A DNA stretch of 64,000 nt, from the NCBI GenBank assembly GCA_963663965.2, contig CAXXFK010000015.1:128001-192000 (forward strand), in the 5' to 3' direction. Under the pieces are notes generated by a model that was not told where the DNA came from, did no database searches, and worked only from the letters and a program-made list of their open reading frames with translations. The DNA comes from Sedimentisphaerales bacterium (GTDB taxonomy: Bacteria; Planctomycetota; Phycisphaerae; Sedimentisphaerales; SM23-30). Shown here piece after piece: positions 49,222 through 58,669 of this stretch. Both the position numbers and the translations under genes were made by a program. Position 1 is the first letter of the stretch, and every line of letters begins with the position of its first letter.

Positions 49222-50119
49222 TAAGTATTCCCCAATTAAAACCAGCAGCTTCAAATCCATTGCCCAACCAATAAAAACCATTTTTTGAAACCGTATCAGA
49301 CCAGGGTGGATTCGCTTGGGCAGCATTACAAATTTTTAAAATAAGAATACCCAATTGATGATCTGGAATATCTAATGGGATTATTGTGTCTGAATTGTCA
49401 CCTTGATTTTTTGAGACGAGCCATACTCCTTTTAGTGCATTGCCCCATGGAAGAGAGAACTTACCTCCTTTACCACCCCAGCCATGTCCACCTCCCATAA
49501 TACCGTACAATTCTGTAGGAGATATATTACTAATATTGGAGGATGGCCATGGCCTTACATAATAATCATAGAATGGGGCATAAAAACCTTTTTGGCTTAA
49601 TAATTCAATAGCTTTTCGCCATGTACCAAGATATAAATAATGTGCTTGGGTATTCATGTGTCCCAATGCGACAACAAATGTGTTAGGGACTGAAAAACGC
49701 CTGGTTTCTTTGAGTGCTTGACTTGAACTTGGCGGAAGCGGTTTTCCATCTAAAGCAACCAGCCATCTTCTAAAATACCTTTCATCTAATAATATTTTTT
49801 TGGATAAACTATCAATTGTATCTCCGCATTCCCCTATGGCGTTAGCTGTTTTTTTATATTGCCGAATTACTTTCCACTCTAATCCAAACATATCTTTTTC
49901 ACTGCTAGGCCTCCCCCCTACATACTCATACAAATTCCCACCATCCGCATACTGCCCCGTCGGCCCAAACGCATTCGTCTCATCGCCCACCACCGTCCCC
50001 ACCGGATCCAGGCTCAGCCACCGCCCCTCTTTCGGATCATACATCCCATAGCCCGTCAGACAGAAAGCTCCCATCCAGATCAGGCCCACAACCCATCGGT
50101 AACACCCCAGTTTAGTCAT
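49199..50119 (-). CDS. Signal peptide + Rhs-core tail + unknown C-terminal domain
   Basis: SP ending TGYG; YDPKEGRWLSLDPVG..NLYEYVGGRP..DMFGL; GC-rich 5' part and AT-rich CT. Confidence 0.75.
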   Translation of the reverse strand: MTKLGCYRWVVGLIWMGAFCLTGYGMYDPKEGRWLSLDPVGTVVGDETNAFGPTGQYADGGNLYEYVGGRPSSEKDMFGLEWKVIRQYKKTANAIGECGDTIDSLSKKILLDERYFRRWLVALDGKPLPPSSSQALKETRRFSVPNTFVVALGHMNTQAHYLYLGTWRKAIELLSQKGFYAPFYDYYVRPWPSSNISNISPTELYGIMGGGHGWGGKGGKFSLPWGNALKGVWLVSKNQGDNSDTIIPLDIPDHQLGILILKICNAAQANPPWSDTVSKNGFYWLGNGFEAAGFNWGILNVVKKAQ

Positions 50120-50131
50120 CAGATGATCCTC

Positions 50132-51151
50132 TCATTGAGTTGGCGTAACAGTCTTCTGATAAATCGCACGATAGTTTCCCAGTTCCTTTTCCAGCGCCCG
50201 GTTCAAATGGGCCAGGGTATCCAGCGAATCCGGCATCAACCGATAGGCCCAGGCGTACATGGCCTGGGCTTCCGTCACCCGTCCGGCATCGAACAGACAA
50301 TGCCCGCGTGTCTGCAAGAACACACCCAGTTCCTCGGACGGGCTCAACGATCTCAGATACGGATTGGCCCGCATATCCGCATCGCTGATCCGGCCCGGCC
50401 AGCTGCGATAATACGCATCCGGATGCGAATCACAGCCCGGACAGCAGGCCTCCACATTAAAAACCTCACTCCCCTCCTCCCAGCGGAAAAACACATGCTG
50501 GCGGGTCGCAACCAGTTTGAGCGGATACCCCAGCCGCCGGCCCACCGCCACACACAAAGTCGGAATCGACAGACAGCCGCCCTGCTTCTGATCGCCCAGA
50601 CAGCCATGAATAAACACATCCCGCGCGTCGGGATAGGTCTCCCGCTGCATAATCGCCTGGTTATAATCCACTCCCAGCTGGGTTTTCAGATACAACACCA
50701 TCGTCACCGCCCGGAACTTGCCTTCCGAACCATCGTAAGCCGCCGGCTCCTGCCGAAACCGCGGCAAACGCAACTCCGTCTGACAGCCAACCTCCGCCGC
50801 CCACCGATCCAGGATCGCCAGGCAACTCTCCACCTCCAAATCCTGTGATCCCGGCAACCCTCCGGCGCACAACAGGTTCATCCGGGCGATATCCACCCCC
50901 GCCAGTTCTTCCGGCCCCATCGCCAGCAACTCACCCAAAGTCCCCGGCTTTTGCTCACCTTGCGATACAACAGTTTTATTCGTTTTCTCAACCGGCATCA
51001 CCTCAGAACCAGCCACCATCCCCAGCGTATCAGCCAGTACAACCTCGGTCCGCCCCTTCGCCTCGCGCCCATCAGAATTCACCGCGACAGTCCCCACAAC
51101 CCCAATCACACAGCCGGCAAGAAAGATTACTACACCCACTTTCAACTTCAT
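50132..51151 (-). CDS. Membrane-anchored transglutaminase-like (Transglut_core2/SirB1-like) protein with TPR-like tail
   Basis: DIARMNLLCA; FIHGCL..GGCLSIPTLCVAVGRRLGYPLKLV...HVFFRW....FNVE (Cys-His-Glu). Confidence 0.75.
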   Translation of the reverse strand: MKLKVGVVIFLAGCVIGVVGTVAVNSDGREAKGRTEVVLADTLGMVAGSEVMPVEKTNKTVVSQGEQKPGTLGELLAMGPEELAGVDIARMNLLCAGGLPGSQDLEVESCLAILDRWAAEVGCQTELRLPRFRQEPAAYDGSEGKFRAVTMVLYLKTQLGVDYNQAIMQRETYPDARDVFIHGCLGDQKQGGCLSIPTLCVAVGRRLGYPLKLVATRQHVFFRWEEGSEVFNVEACCPGCDSHPDAYYRSWPGRISDADMRANPYLRSLSPSEELGVFLQTRGHCLFDAGRVTEAQAMYAWAYRLMPDSLDTLAHLNRALEKELGNYRAIYQKTVTPTQ

Positions 51152-51203
51152 GCTATCCCCTGATTTTTTGATAATTTAATCTGTTTTCACCTTAACAGGC
51201 ATC

Positions 51204-52211
51204 TTACAAACCGTATTTATCAAATAAACTTTTCACATAATTTTCAAATTCACTGACCTCAGCCGGAATTTGGTCTTTCTCCACCCGATACGCCCCAACA
51301 TCACTAAGCTGGGTTCCATGGCGCTGTTTTCGTTCTTCAAGTTCTTCCGCGCTCCATTCAAATTGTGGTCCTTGTATCAGCAGTTCAACCCGGCCCATAA
51401 AAAAACCATTACCCATCTTGATCACCATCCGCCAGAAACTGTTTCGATAATAGAAAACATACTCTTTATGATACCATTTCTTATCGGTACGAATGCTGGG
51501 TTCAGGCAAAATCGTATCGGTCCCTGCCATTTTTCTGACACATTGCGGCCGGCTGGCTCGAATTTCTTGTTGAATCGCTGGATACTTGTCAAGAGGAATT
51601 ATTCGATAATCCAGTTGATAACCATCCACCGCATCAATTTCGTCCAAAAACGCCAGGTTTCCAGCCACCAATTGACGATCCAGTTCATGCATTTCCTTTA
51701 GCAGTTCTTCGGCATGATCCCTGATCAGATCCCAGTCAAAATGGATATAATCAAAAAATTGATTGCCCATCTCCCGGCAACCCAGGTCGTTTTGAATAAC
51801 CCATTTGATTCGTGGTTCCGGCTTATTCGTTTTAGCGCTATAGCGGTTTTGATATCGCTTTTCAAAAATCTGACAATCCGGCCGCAATTTTAAAAACCGA
51901 TGCTGATCCAGAAATGGATAAGATTGCACCTGACTCACGACCTCAAGACCCTGTTTGGCTACCAAGAAGCTGTTTGGATCGCCATAATTAACAAATCCCT
52001 GACAAAGAAACGGATCATTTGATTCCATTTCAAATATCTTCCATATGAGAATTTCATGATCGATATCCCAGACTTTGGCGGCATCAATATAAACACAAAC
52101 AGCGATTGATTCCTGGCATTCATCAAATATTTCACAATTCGTGTGTATTGCCTGAATCATCGATCCCATGCAACACAAGATTACAATTACTATTTTATCC
52201 ATACTAATCAC
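51204..52211 (-). CDS. Exported hypothetical protein, putative partner/immunity; paralog of 46790-47821
   Basis: Signal-like N-terminus; motifs shared with the 46790 gene. Confidence 0.7.
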   Translation of the reverse strand: MISMDKIVIVILCCMGSMIQAIHTNCEIFDECQESIAVCVYIDAAKVWDIDHEILIWKIFEMESNDPFLCQGFVNYGDPNSFLVAKQGLEVVSQVQSYPFLDQHRFLKLRPDCQIFEKRYQNRYSAKTNKPEPRIKWVIQNDLGCREMGNQFFDYIHFDWDLIRDHAEELLKEMHELDRQLVAGNLAFLDEIDAVDGYQLDYRIIPLDKYPAIQQEIRASRPQCVRKMAGTDTILPEPSIRTDKKWYHKEYVFYYRNSFWRMVIKMGNGFFMGRVELLIQGPQFEWSAEELEERKQRHGTQLSDVGAYRVEKDQIPAEVSEFENYVKSLFDKYGL

Positions 52212-52232
52212 ACATAAAAATACTAGATTCCA

Positions 52233-53264
52233 TTAACTTCTATTTCTTATATTAAATATTCTTTTTGCAATTCTCGCCCAGTCTAAAAAACGATTAAATC
52301 CAATCATAACATGATTTTTATTGTACGGATCATATGGTCGTTTCAAATCAGGCCCCCGACCATTATTTACAACATTATTGATCCAGGCATTAATCATCTC
52401 AGTCCTCCATCCATCCCAGCTTAAATTTCCAATTGGAAATCCCCAATACAAATCTTCACCAACTTTAATGGCATTTTCGTGTCGAAACGCGTCTGGATTT
52501 GGTGACCATTTTGGATTTATGTATAGATCTTGGCCGTTTATTATTGGCCCATTTTGAAATCGTACCCAATTACCAACTGGCATATTGCTAAAGCTCTTAG
52601 GATATTCAACAAATGGGATCGCGCCAATTTGATTAAATTCACCTGGATGTAATGTATCTATCACCGCTTTGTCCATAACATATTGAGCGGCATCCCAGCA
52701 ATCCAGCGATTTACCCGTTGCCGGGTCTTCATCAAAGTAAGCGTTCACAAAATCTTCTTTGGCCGAATAGCGCGCAGTTAAATGACTGGCACCAAATTTT
52801 CCCATCTCAAAACTCACGGTTGCTTTCACCACATTACCACGCAATAATTGCTCGTAAAACATCAGATACGACTTTAGGTTGACACGGATCCCATTAGGCA
52901 CGCTGTCAATATCGACCCCGGCTATTTGTTTCGTAGCATATGCCAGTGCATGATATAATCCACCATCCAACCCCGGCAATAAACTCAATAACTCGCTATA
53001 AGTATCGCCACATTCTGATATGATAAATCCTTCATAGGTCAATGACTTCCAGGCTCCCTGAGCCTTCCACAGGCCCGCCGGATCAACCGCTTGCGCCGGT
53101 TGGCTTCCCACATATTCATACCCGTTCATCCCATCCGTATATTCCACCGGATCCAGACTCAGCCACCGCCCCTGCTTCGCGTCATACATGCCATAGCCCA
53201 CCTGGACAAGTGATAGAATCCAGCCAACCGCCATCACCCCAATCAGCCTTTTTGTATTAATCAT
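52233..53264 (-). CDS. Signal peptide + Rhs-core tail + Tgl-like transglutaminase domain; paralog of 47818-48879
   Basis: GGAGGT RBS; SP ending VGYG; near-identical Rhs tail; DCWDAAQYVMDKAVIDTL..EFN, GNWVRFQN, HENAIKVGEDLYWG. Confidence 0.75.
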   Translation of the reverse strand: MINTKRLIGVMAVGWILSLVQVGYGMYDAKQGRWLSLDPVEYTDGMNGYEYVGSQPAQAVDPAGLWKAQGAWKSLTYEGFIISECGDTYSELLSLLPGLDGGLYHALAYATKQIAGVDIDSVPNGIRVNLKSYLMFYEQLLRGNVVKATVSFEMGKFGASHLTARYSAKEDFVNAYFDEDPATGKSLDCWDAAQYVMDKAVIDTLHPGEFNQIGAIPFVEYPKSFSNMPVGNWVRFQNGPIINGQDLYINPKWSPNPDAFRHENAIKVGEDLYWGFPIGNLSWDGWRTEMINAWINNVVNNGRGPDLKRPYDPYNKNHVMIGFNRFLDWARIAKRIFNIRNRS

Positions 53265-53311
53265 AAAACCTCCAATTTGATATAATTATTTCTTCCAGTT
53301 TAAGTCAGCAT

Positions 53312-53388
53312 TTAGATTCAGCGGTTCATCGATTCCATTGCCATAGACGAACTCACGCCGGGTTGTTCCTTGCTCATCGGTTTCCATT
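53312..53388 (-). pseudogene. Short Rhs-core remnant
   Basis: Encodes METDEQGTTRREFVYGNGIDEPL, matching the Rhs cores at ~56750 and ~60730. Confidence 0.7.
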
Positions 53389-54585
53389 ATTATCCTCAAA
53401 GATAATGGGATACCCAACTTCTGTATCCCATTCAATCACATACTGATATAAAGGTTGCTGATCCCAGGTAATTAGCTTATATTTCGGCCCGTTATTTTTC
53501 AGTGCCGAATCAGTTTCAGTTTTAATGTCTATTTCCAGCCTCTGCTTTTTCAGAAGCTCAAAGCTGCGTTCTCTGAATTCTGACTCAGAATTACGATCCC
53601 ATTCTGTCACAATGGTCAATCCAGGTAATTTTTGTCTTAACGCCTCAATACCTGTTAAAGTTACCTGAGTATTGAATACTGTCAGATATTTTAAATTTTT
53701 CATATACGCCAGAAAGCTTAATCCTTTATCCGAAATCGCAGTCGAATGCAATTCCAGATACTCTAAATCTGGCTCTCGATAAAAATATAGATCACGATCC
53801 GTAATATTAGTATAGGACAATAGTAGCTTCTTTAAATGAAGCGGATTGAGTTCCGCAATATTGTAATCTCTGAAATAATTTCCCCGCAAATCCAGAATTT
53901 GCAGCTCCGACATATCTGCAATATCACACCATCCCGAACCTGTGATCTTAGTCCAGGAAGCATTCAGATAACGCAAGTTTTTGAAATTCGCTACCACACT
54001 GAGATAATCATCGTTACTGGTATACGGCAATCCCAGATAGGTCAGATTGGATAATCCCGAAAGTTCAGCGAAGTTTTCCCGGGTCATACTGGCAAAATAT
54101 AAGTCCAAATACTTCAAATCGACAAAGTCGGAAATCTCCTTGACTGTGGGAACATAAGTTTGGTTTCTAAAATCATAACAAAAGGATCTCAACTCGATTT
54201 GACCGATATGTGTCAATGTCTGTCTATCGCCGGAACGGCCATTGCTAATCGCTAAACCTTCCACATACAATTCGGATGGTTTAGCTGTTGAACGAGAGCC
54301 GAACTGGACTAGCAAGTGGTCAATCCCTGCCAAATCTTCTAAACCTTTCCTATCTCTGGAATTAAGCCCCTCATATAACTTACAATTCAGGTCACTTTTA
54401 TAATAGAGATACCCTCCTTGAGGTACGGTATAAACACGACGAAGCATACCCCTAATATTTTCGGAATATAACTCCCTCTGACAGCGAAGCCAATGATCTT
54501 CTGTAATCCCTTCACCACCCATCAAAGCGTTAGAAAGCAAAAACAGGTTAAAATACAACAGGTATATCCTTTTTAATGAACACAT
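53374..54585 (-). CDS. Leucine-rich-repeat protein (planctomycete-type), possibly an orphaned immunity protein
   Basis: Repeated LxxLxLxxTxITDxG (LRYLNASWTKITGSG, LKKLLLSYTNITD, LEYLELHSTAISDKGL). Confidence 0.8.
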   Translation of the reverse strand: MCSLKRIYLLYFNLFLLSNALMGGEGITEDHWLRCQRELYSENIRGMLRRVYTVPQGGYLYYKSDLNCKLYEGLNSRDRKGLEDLAGIDHLLVQFGSRSTAKPSELYVEGLAISNGRSGDRQTLTHIGQIELRSFCYDFRNQTYVPTVKEISDFVDLKYLDLYFASMTRENFAELSGLSNLTYLGLPYTSNDDYLSVVANFKNLRYLNASWTKITGSGWCDIADMSELQILDLRGNYFRDYNIAELNPLHLKKLLLSYTNITDRDLYFYREPDLEYLELHSTAISDKGLSFLAYMKNLKYLTVFNTQVTLTGIEALRQKLPGLTIVTEWDRNSESEFRERSFELLKKQRLEIDIKTETDSALKNNGPKYKLITWDQQPLYQYVIEWDTEVGYPIIFEDNNGNR

Positions 54586-54847
54586 ATTATTCACCTTAAT
54601 ATAATACCACACTTGGATCATATTCACCAGATACCCATGGGCTTATTGAATTCGATGCATAATCACTTACATTAAATGGATACCAAACATTTGGATCCCA
54701 AGCATGTAAATAGTCGGGTCAGTAACGGCTGTTCCGGCCCAATTGGGCGTCGCCCATGCGGTCTCATTTAAATGATCCATCATTTCCTGATCCATCCTGT
54801 CAATCCTGTGATCCTGTCTAGAATATTTTTCTTTAAAATCTCGACGA

Positions 54848-54946
54848 TCTCCATCACCACCTACCGGCGGTCATTTTAATAATACTGCGTCACAGTATCC
54901 ATCACCTCGCCCGGCACCCGCATCGCGATGTAGCGTCCCAGCGCGT
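54848..54946 (-). pseudogene. Degenerate Rhs-core remnant with in-frame stops
   Basis: ALGRYIAMRVPGEVMDTVTQYY*NDRR*VVME versus intact ALGRRIEMRVPGEVVDTVTRYYFNDRWQVVME. Confidence 0.75.
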
Positions 54947-54999
54947 TTTAATAACACTTTACTATCCTTACTCAATGTTTATCCTGCTATCAGATCCCA

Positions 55000-55458
55000 T
55001 CATTCCGTTGACACAAAACGCTTATAGAGTATAAGACTATATTTTTCATATAAATCCTTTGCAATAAATTTGTGCTTGCCTTTAATTAGAAAAACCTGCT
55101 CATTTCCCTTATCGTAAATTGTACCACTGCGTTCTTTAAGATCGTTAAAATCCTTACCATACCCAATAAAATAATCATCCAACGCATCAGTTTGAATGAC
55201 ACAATCCATATTTTGACCATATCGTAATAGATAATCTTTATTTGAAACCGAGTCTGGTTTTACCAATTGCAAATAACCTTTTAAAATCAGATCATTCTTG
55301 CTTGTAGGCATTGCATTATTCTGGTCAATATAACAAGAAAGCCAGGTACATATTTTGTACAAATCACATCCCGTCTTATATCTTATATAAGCAACATCGA
55401 AAGCAATATACAATATAATTATAACCGCAATTATAATTAGTCTTTTTTTCATGGACAC
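55000..55458 (-). CDS. Putative immunity protein (N-terminal TM helix)
   Basis: AT-rich, overlaps the 3' end of the upstream Rhs-CT. Confidence 0.65.
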   Translation of the reverse strand: MSMKKRLIIIAVIIILYIAFDVAYIRYKTGCDLYKICTWLSCYIDQNNAMPTSKNDLILKGYLQLVKPDSVSNKDYLLRYGQNMDCVIQTDALDDYFIGYGKDFNDLKERSGTIYDKGNEQVFLIKGKHKFIAKDLYEKYSLILYKRFVSTE

Positions 55459-56930
55459 TCCTTCAACATTACCTCAATAATCTGCCTGGCATATCTTCCA
55501 CATGCATGTTGTGCAGTATATATCCAAGGCTGATCTACAAGCCCCTTTTTTAATTTGTCTGCGGCATCGCAACTTATTGCTCCGGCAAATTCCCATTTCG
55601 CACCTAAATCCGAATTGTGTGTAATTTCTGTTTGAACAATGCTAAATACAAATCCGGCCTGCTTAAATCCAAACAACTCACCTGGCATTACATGAATATC
55701 CCATGATTTCTCAATGCCATGCTTGAAGCATTTTACTCTGGCAACTTTATGAGCCCATGTGGATTCAAGGGTGACAAAATAAACTCCGCACCAACAACAT
55801 GTACCTTTATGAGCGCCATAGACAGTACTTGATGAATTTCCATATTTACATTGACATGCGGCCATCGCATCTTGTTTTTCTCCTCTTGGCACTGAAACCT
55901 GTTTACAATCACTTATCGTCTTATAGTGCTGTATCGGGTCCCCATGCATATAAGTAGTATGCGTATAGACCTTTTTACCATGCTCTGGACCTTTGATCTT
56001 GCAACAGGCATAACTATCTTCACTTAATCCAGTTAAATCACCATTCATCATCGGTCCACTCTTTACATATTCATACAAATTCACTCCATCCGTATACTGC
56101 CTCAGCGGACTGAAACCATTCATAGTGTCCCCCGGCACTACCCCCAGCGGATCCACACTCAACCACCGCCCGGTCCGATAATCATAATACCGATGACGGT
56201 TAATCTGAATCAGCTTCGCCCCGCCGTCAAGGATATCTAATCGCCGACCGGTGAAGTAGTACGGATTACCGATAACCGATCCTACCGCCGAAGCCGTCAA
56301 TTCCGAAGTCGGCCCCGCCACACTCATCGCCGGCATCTCCAATCCTCCCAGCGACAGTCCTTCAGCATCAATCACCGTATTGGGATCCAGCAGCATCCCC
56401 AACGAATCGTTCGGATCGTAAACCGGGTCATACTCCGGCAACTCCGTCGCATACAATACCGGCGCAAACTGCCAGTCCCACGGCTCCATCCGCCACAGCG
56501 ACTCCTGCGCCAACTCATCCTCCGTCACCCCCGCCCAGGCCGCCTCATCATACCCCCCATACGCCGGCATAACCGCCCCGGCGATCAGATCATCCCGCAC
56601 CCACACACTCGGCTTGCCATAGACATCATACTCGTACCGCTCGGCCACCTCTGCCGATTCATCTAATAAGGCAACGGTGCTATTCAGGTGGTCCTGAACA
56701 TAGTAATACAACGGCTCACCGGCCGTCATCCCATCGATCAGGATCAGCGGCTCATCGATACCATTGCCATAGACGAACTCACGCCGGGTCGCCCCTTCTT
56801 CATCCGTCTCCATCACCACCTGCCAGCGGTCATTGAAGTAATAGCGCGTCACAGTATCCACCACCTCGCCCGGCACCCGCATCTCGATGCGGCGTCCCTG
56901 GGCATCGCTAGGCTCAAAAAACAACAACAA
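55449..56930 (-). CDS. Orphan Rhs core fragment + Cys-rich C-terminal toxin domain
   Basis: FVYGNGIDEP, DHLNST, YEYDVYG, NPYYFTGRRLD, RYYD..GRWLSVDP, NLYEY..DLTGL; no convincing start. Confidence 0.8.
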   Translation of the reverse strand: MLLFFEPSDAQGRRIEMRVPGEVVDTVTRYYFNDRWQVVMETDEEGATRREFVYGNGIDEPLILIDGMTAGEPLYYYVQDHLNSTVALLDESAEVAERYEYDVYGKPSVWVRDDLIAGAVMPAYGGYDEAAWAGVTEDELAQESLWRMEPWDWQFAPVLYATELPEYDPVYDPNDSLGMLLDPNTVIDAEGLSLGGLEMPAMSVAGPTSELTASAVGSVIGNPYYFTGRRLDILDGGAKLIQINRHRYYDYRTGRWLSVDPLGVVPGDTMNGFSPLRQYTDGVNLYEYVKSGPMMNGDLTGLSEDSYACCKIKGPEHGKKVYTHTTYMHGDPIQHYKTISDCKQVSVPRGEKQDAMAACQCKYGNSSSTVYGAHKGTCCWCGVYFVTLESTWAHKVARVKCFKHGIEKSWDIHVMPGELFGFKQAGFVFSIVQTEITHNSDLGAKWEFAGAISCDAADKLKKGLVDQPWIYTAQHACGRYARQIIEVMLKECP

Positions 56931-56958
56931 TCATAAAATCAGTACACATAGTATCATT

Positions 56959-57453
56959 TTATGGATTTTCCTCATCTATTGCCCACGATTTATTAATAGC
57001 ATATTTCTGCACAATATCATCCTTCAATCCCTTGTCATCTTTTCCATTGTAGCCATAACTCATAAGACAATACTGACCATCTTTCTCCTTGATAATTATG
57101 ATTGGTTTATTGTAATCATCAAGCAAATCATTGTTTGTGTCAATATATTCATCTAAATAACTCAAATTTGCAGCAACTACAATATCGTCATTTTCTACAG
57201 ATTCACCCCATTCTGCAGATTTGCCCCATTCTATCACCGAACGGGTAGTTATGGGAAATTTTTCATTATTTTTTGCATATATTTCTACGATATTAGAAAA
57301 AAAATCCATTCTTTGCTTTGTTCTAGATATAGCCTCAGCCTTCCCTTGTCGTATACAATCTCGCTCATTTAAAAAATTGACGACAAGTACAAACACAACA
57401 ACAACGGCCACAAGTGCCGCTAAGATATATTTATATTTTTTATTTAAACACAT
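56959..57453 (-). CDS. Putative immunity protein with GspG/pseudopilin-like C-terminal motif
   Basis: TM helix; DDYNKPI..YCLMSYGYNGKDDKGLKDDI; overlaps the toxin stop. Confidence 0.6.
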   Translation of the reverse strand: MCLNKKYKYILAALVAVVVVFVLVVNFLNERDCIRQGKAEAISRTKQRMDFFSNIVEIYAKNNEKFPITTRSVIEWGKSAEWGESVENDDIVVAANLSYLDEYIDTNNDLLDDYNKPIIIIKEKDGQYCLMSYGYNGKDDKGLKDDIVQKYAINKSWAIDEENP

Positions 57454-58669
57454 CGGGGATTCGTCCTTCGGTTCCGAACTCATATATTACGTTACTAGGA
57501 TGACAAACAAATTTATAGCAAGAATTGCCCTTATATTTTAATAAGCTGTTATATTTTTCCGCTAATTCACGACAACTTAATTTAAAACCAAATATTTTTT
57601 TAAGCTCTTCAAATGGTCGTTCACCTAATGTAAAATTATATCCCAACAAGCCCTGTTCCGACATTGTTAACAGGCTTTTTGGCAAACCCTTAAGAGCTTC
57701 ACTTGAAACAACCCAAGCGCCATTATATTGTACGCCTTCTCTAGCTGTACTCCATACTAATTTCCAGAATCCTTTGATTTTTCTTGTATTAGAAAAATTA
57801 TTTTCAACATTATAAATATATATCTCCCGCTCTAAAAGTCTAAGATCTCTTAATGGGGTTAAAATTTGTTCTGAAGCATATGCTATGCCTTCATTTTTAA
57901 TAATATCTCTTAAATTATCCTTATCAGGATAAATTCCATTAAGATATAAATATGCATGAACTAACTCATGTAATGCGGTAGCATTAGTAGAACCTTCGGG
58001 CAAATATACAGTTTCGGATTCATCATCAAAATGAGCAATAGATGTAATTATAGGTCGTCTAATTCCACCATGATTGAATAGTACATTAGCAGTATTTGTT
58101 AAATCAATCTCAAGCATTTTTTTAAAACCTGTTAAAGGATAAAAAGCAGTAGAAACTTCATTTCCGTTTACATTAACTGAAGAATAATAAGAAATAAGAC
58201 TTTGAATATGATTTAATAGGAAGTTTTCTGCCGCTTTTGGGGTGTCTCTCACATAATTCCCTCCTAGCCCTCCATAAGGATCCCAATAATCTGTACCCAA
58301 AGGATCATAATATTCAACAGGATTATCCCCAACATACTCCAACAAATTCCCCCCATCTGCATACTGTCCCAGCGGACTAAAAGCATTCTCATAATCCCCC
58401 GGCACCACGCCCAGCGGATCCACACTCAGCCACCGCCCGGTACGATAATCATAATGCCGATGCCGGTTAATCTGAATCAGTTTCGCCCCGCCGTCAAGGA
58501 TATCCAGCCGCCGCCCGGTGAAGTAGTACGGATTGCCGATAACCGACCCCACCGCCGAAGCCGTCAATTCCGAAGTCGGCCCCGCCACACTCATCGCCAG
58601 CATCTCCCCAGCGGCGAGCGTCAGCGACCCGATTTCGTCCGCCGACAGTCTCTGCGACAATCCATCCAC
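57440..58669 (-). CDS. Orphan Rhs core tail + HExxH metallopeptidase-like toxin domain
   Basis: Rhs tail ending DPLG; TVYLP..TALHELVHAYL..NEGIAY. Confidence 0.75.
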   Translation of the reverse strand: MDGLSQRLSADEIGSLTLAAGEMLAMSVAGPTSELTASAVGSVIGNPYYFTGRRLDILDGGAKLIQINRHRHYDYRTGRWLSVDPLGVVPGDYENAFSPLGQYADGGNLLEYVGDNPVEYYDPLGTDYWDPYGGLGGNYVRDTPKAAENFLLNHIQSLISYYSSVNVNGNEVSTAFYPLTGFKKMLEIDLTNTANVLFNHGGIRRPIITSIAHFDDESETVYLPEGSTNATALHELVHAYLYLNGIYPDKDNLRDIIKNEGIAYASEQILTPLRDLRLLEREIYIYNVENNFSNTRKIKGFWKLVWSTAREGVQYNGAWVVSSEALKGLPKSLLTMSEQGLLGYNFTLGERPFEELKKIFGFKLSCRELAEKYNSLLKYKGNSCYKFVCHPSNVIYEFGTEGRIPDVFK

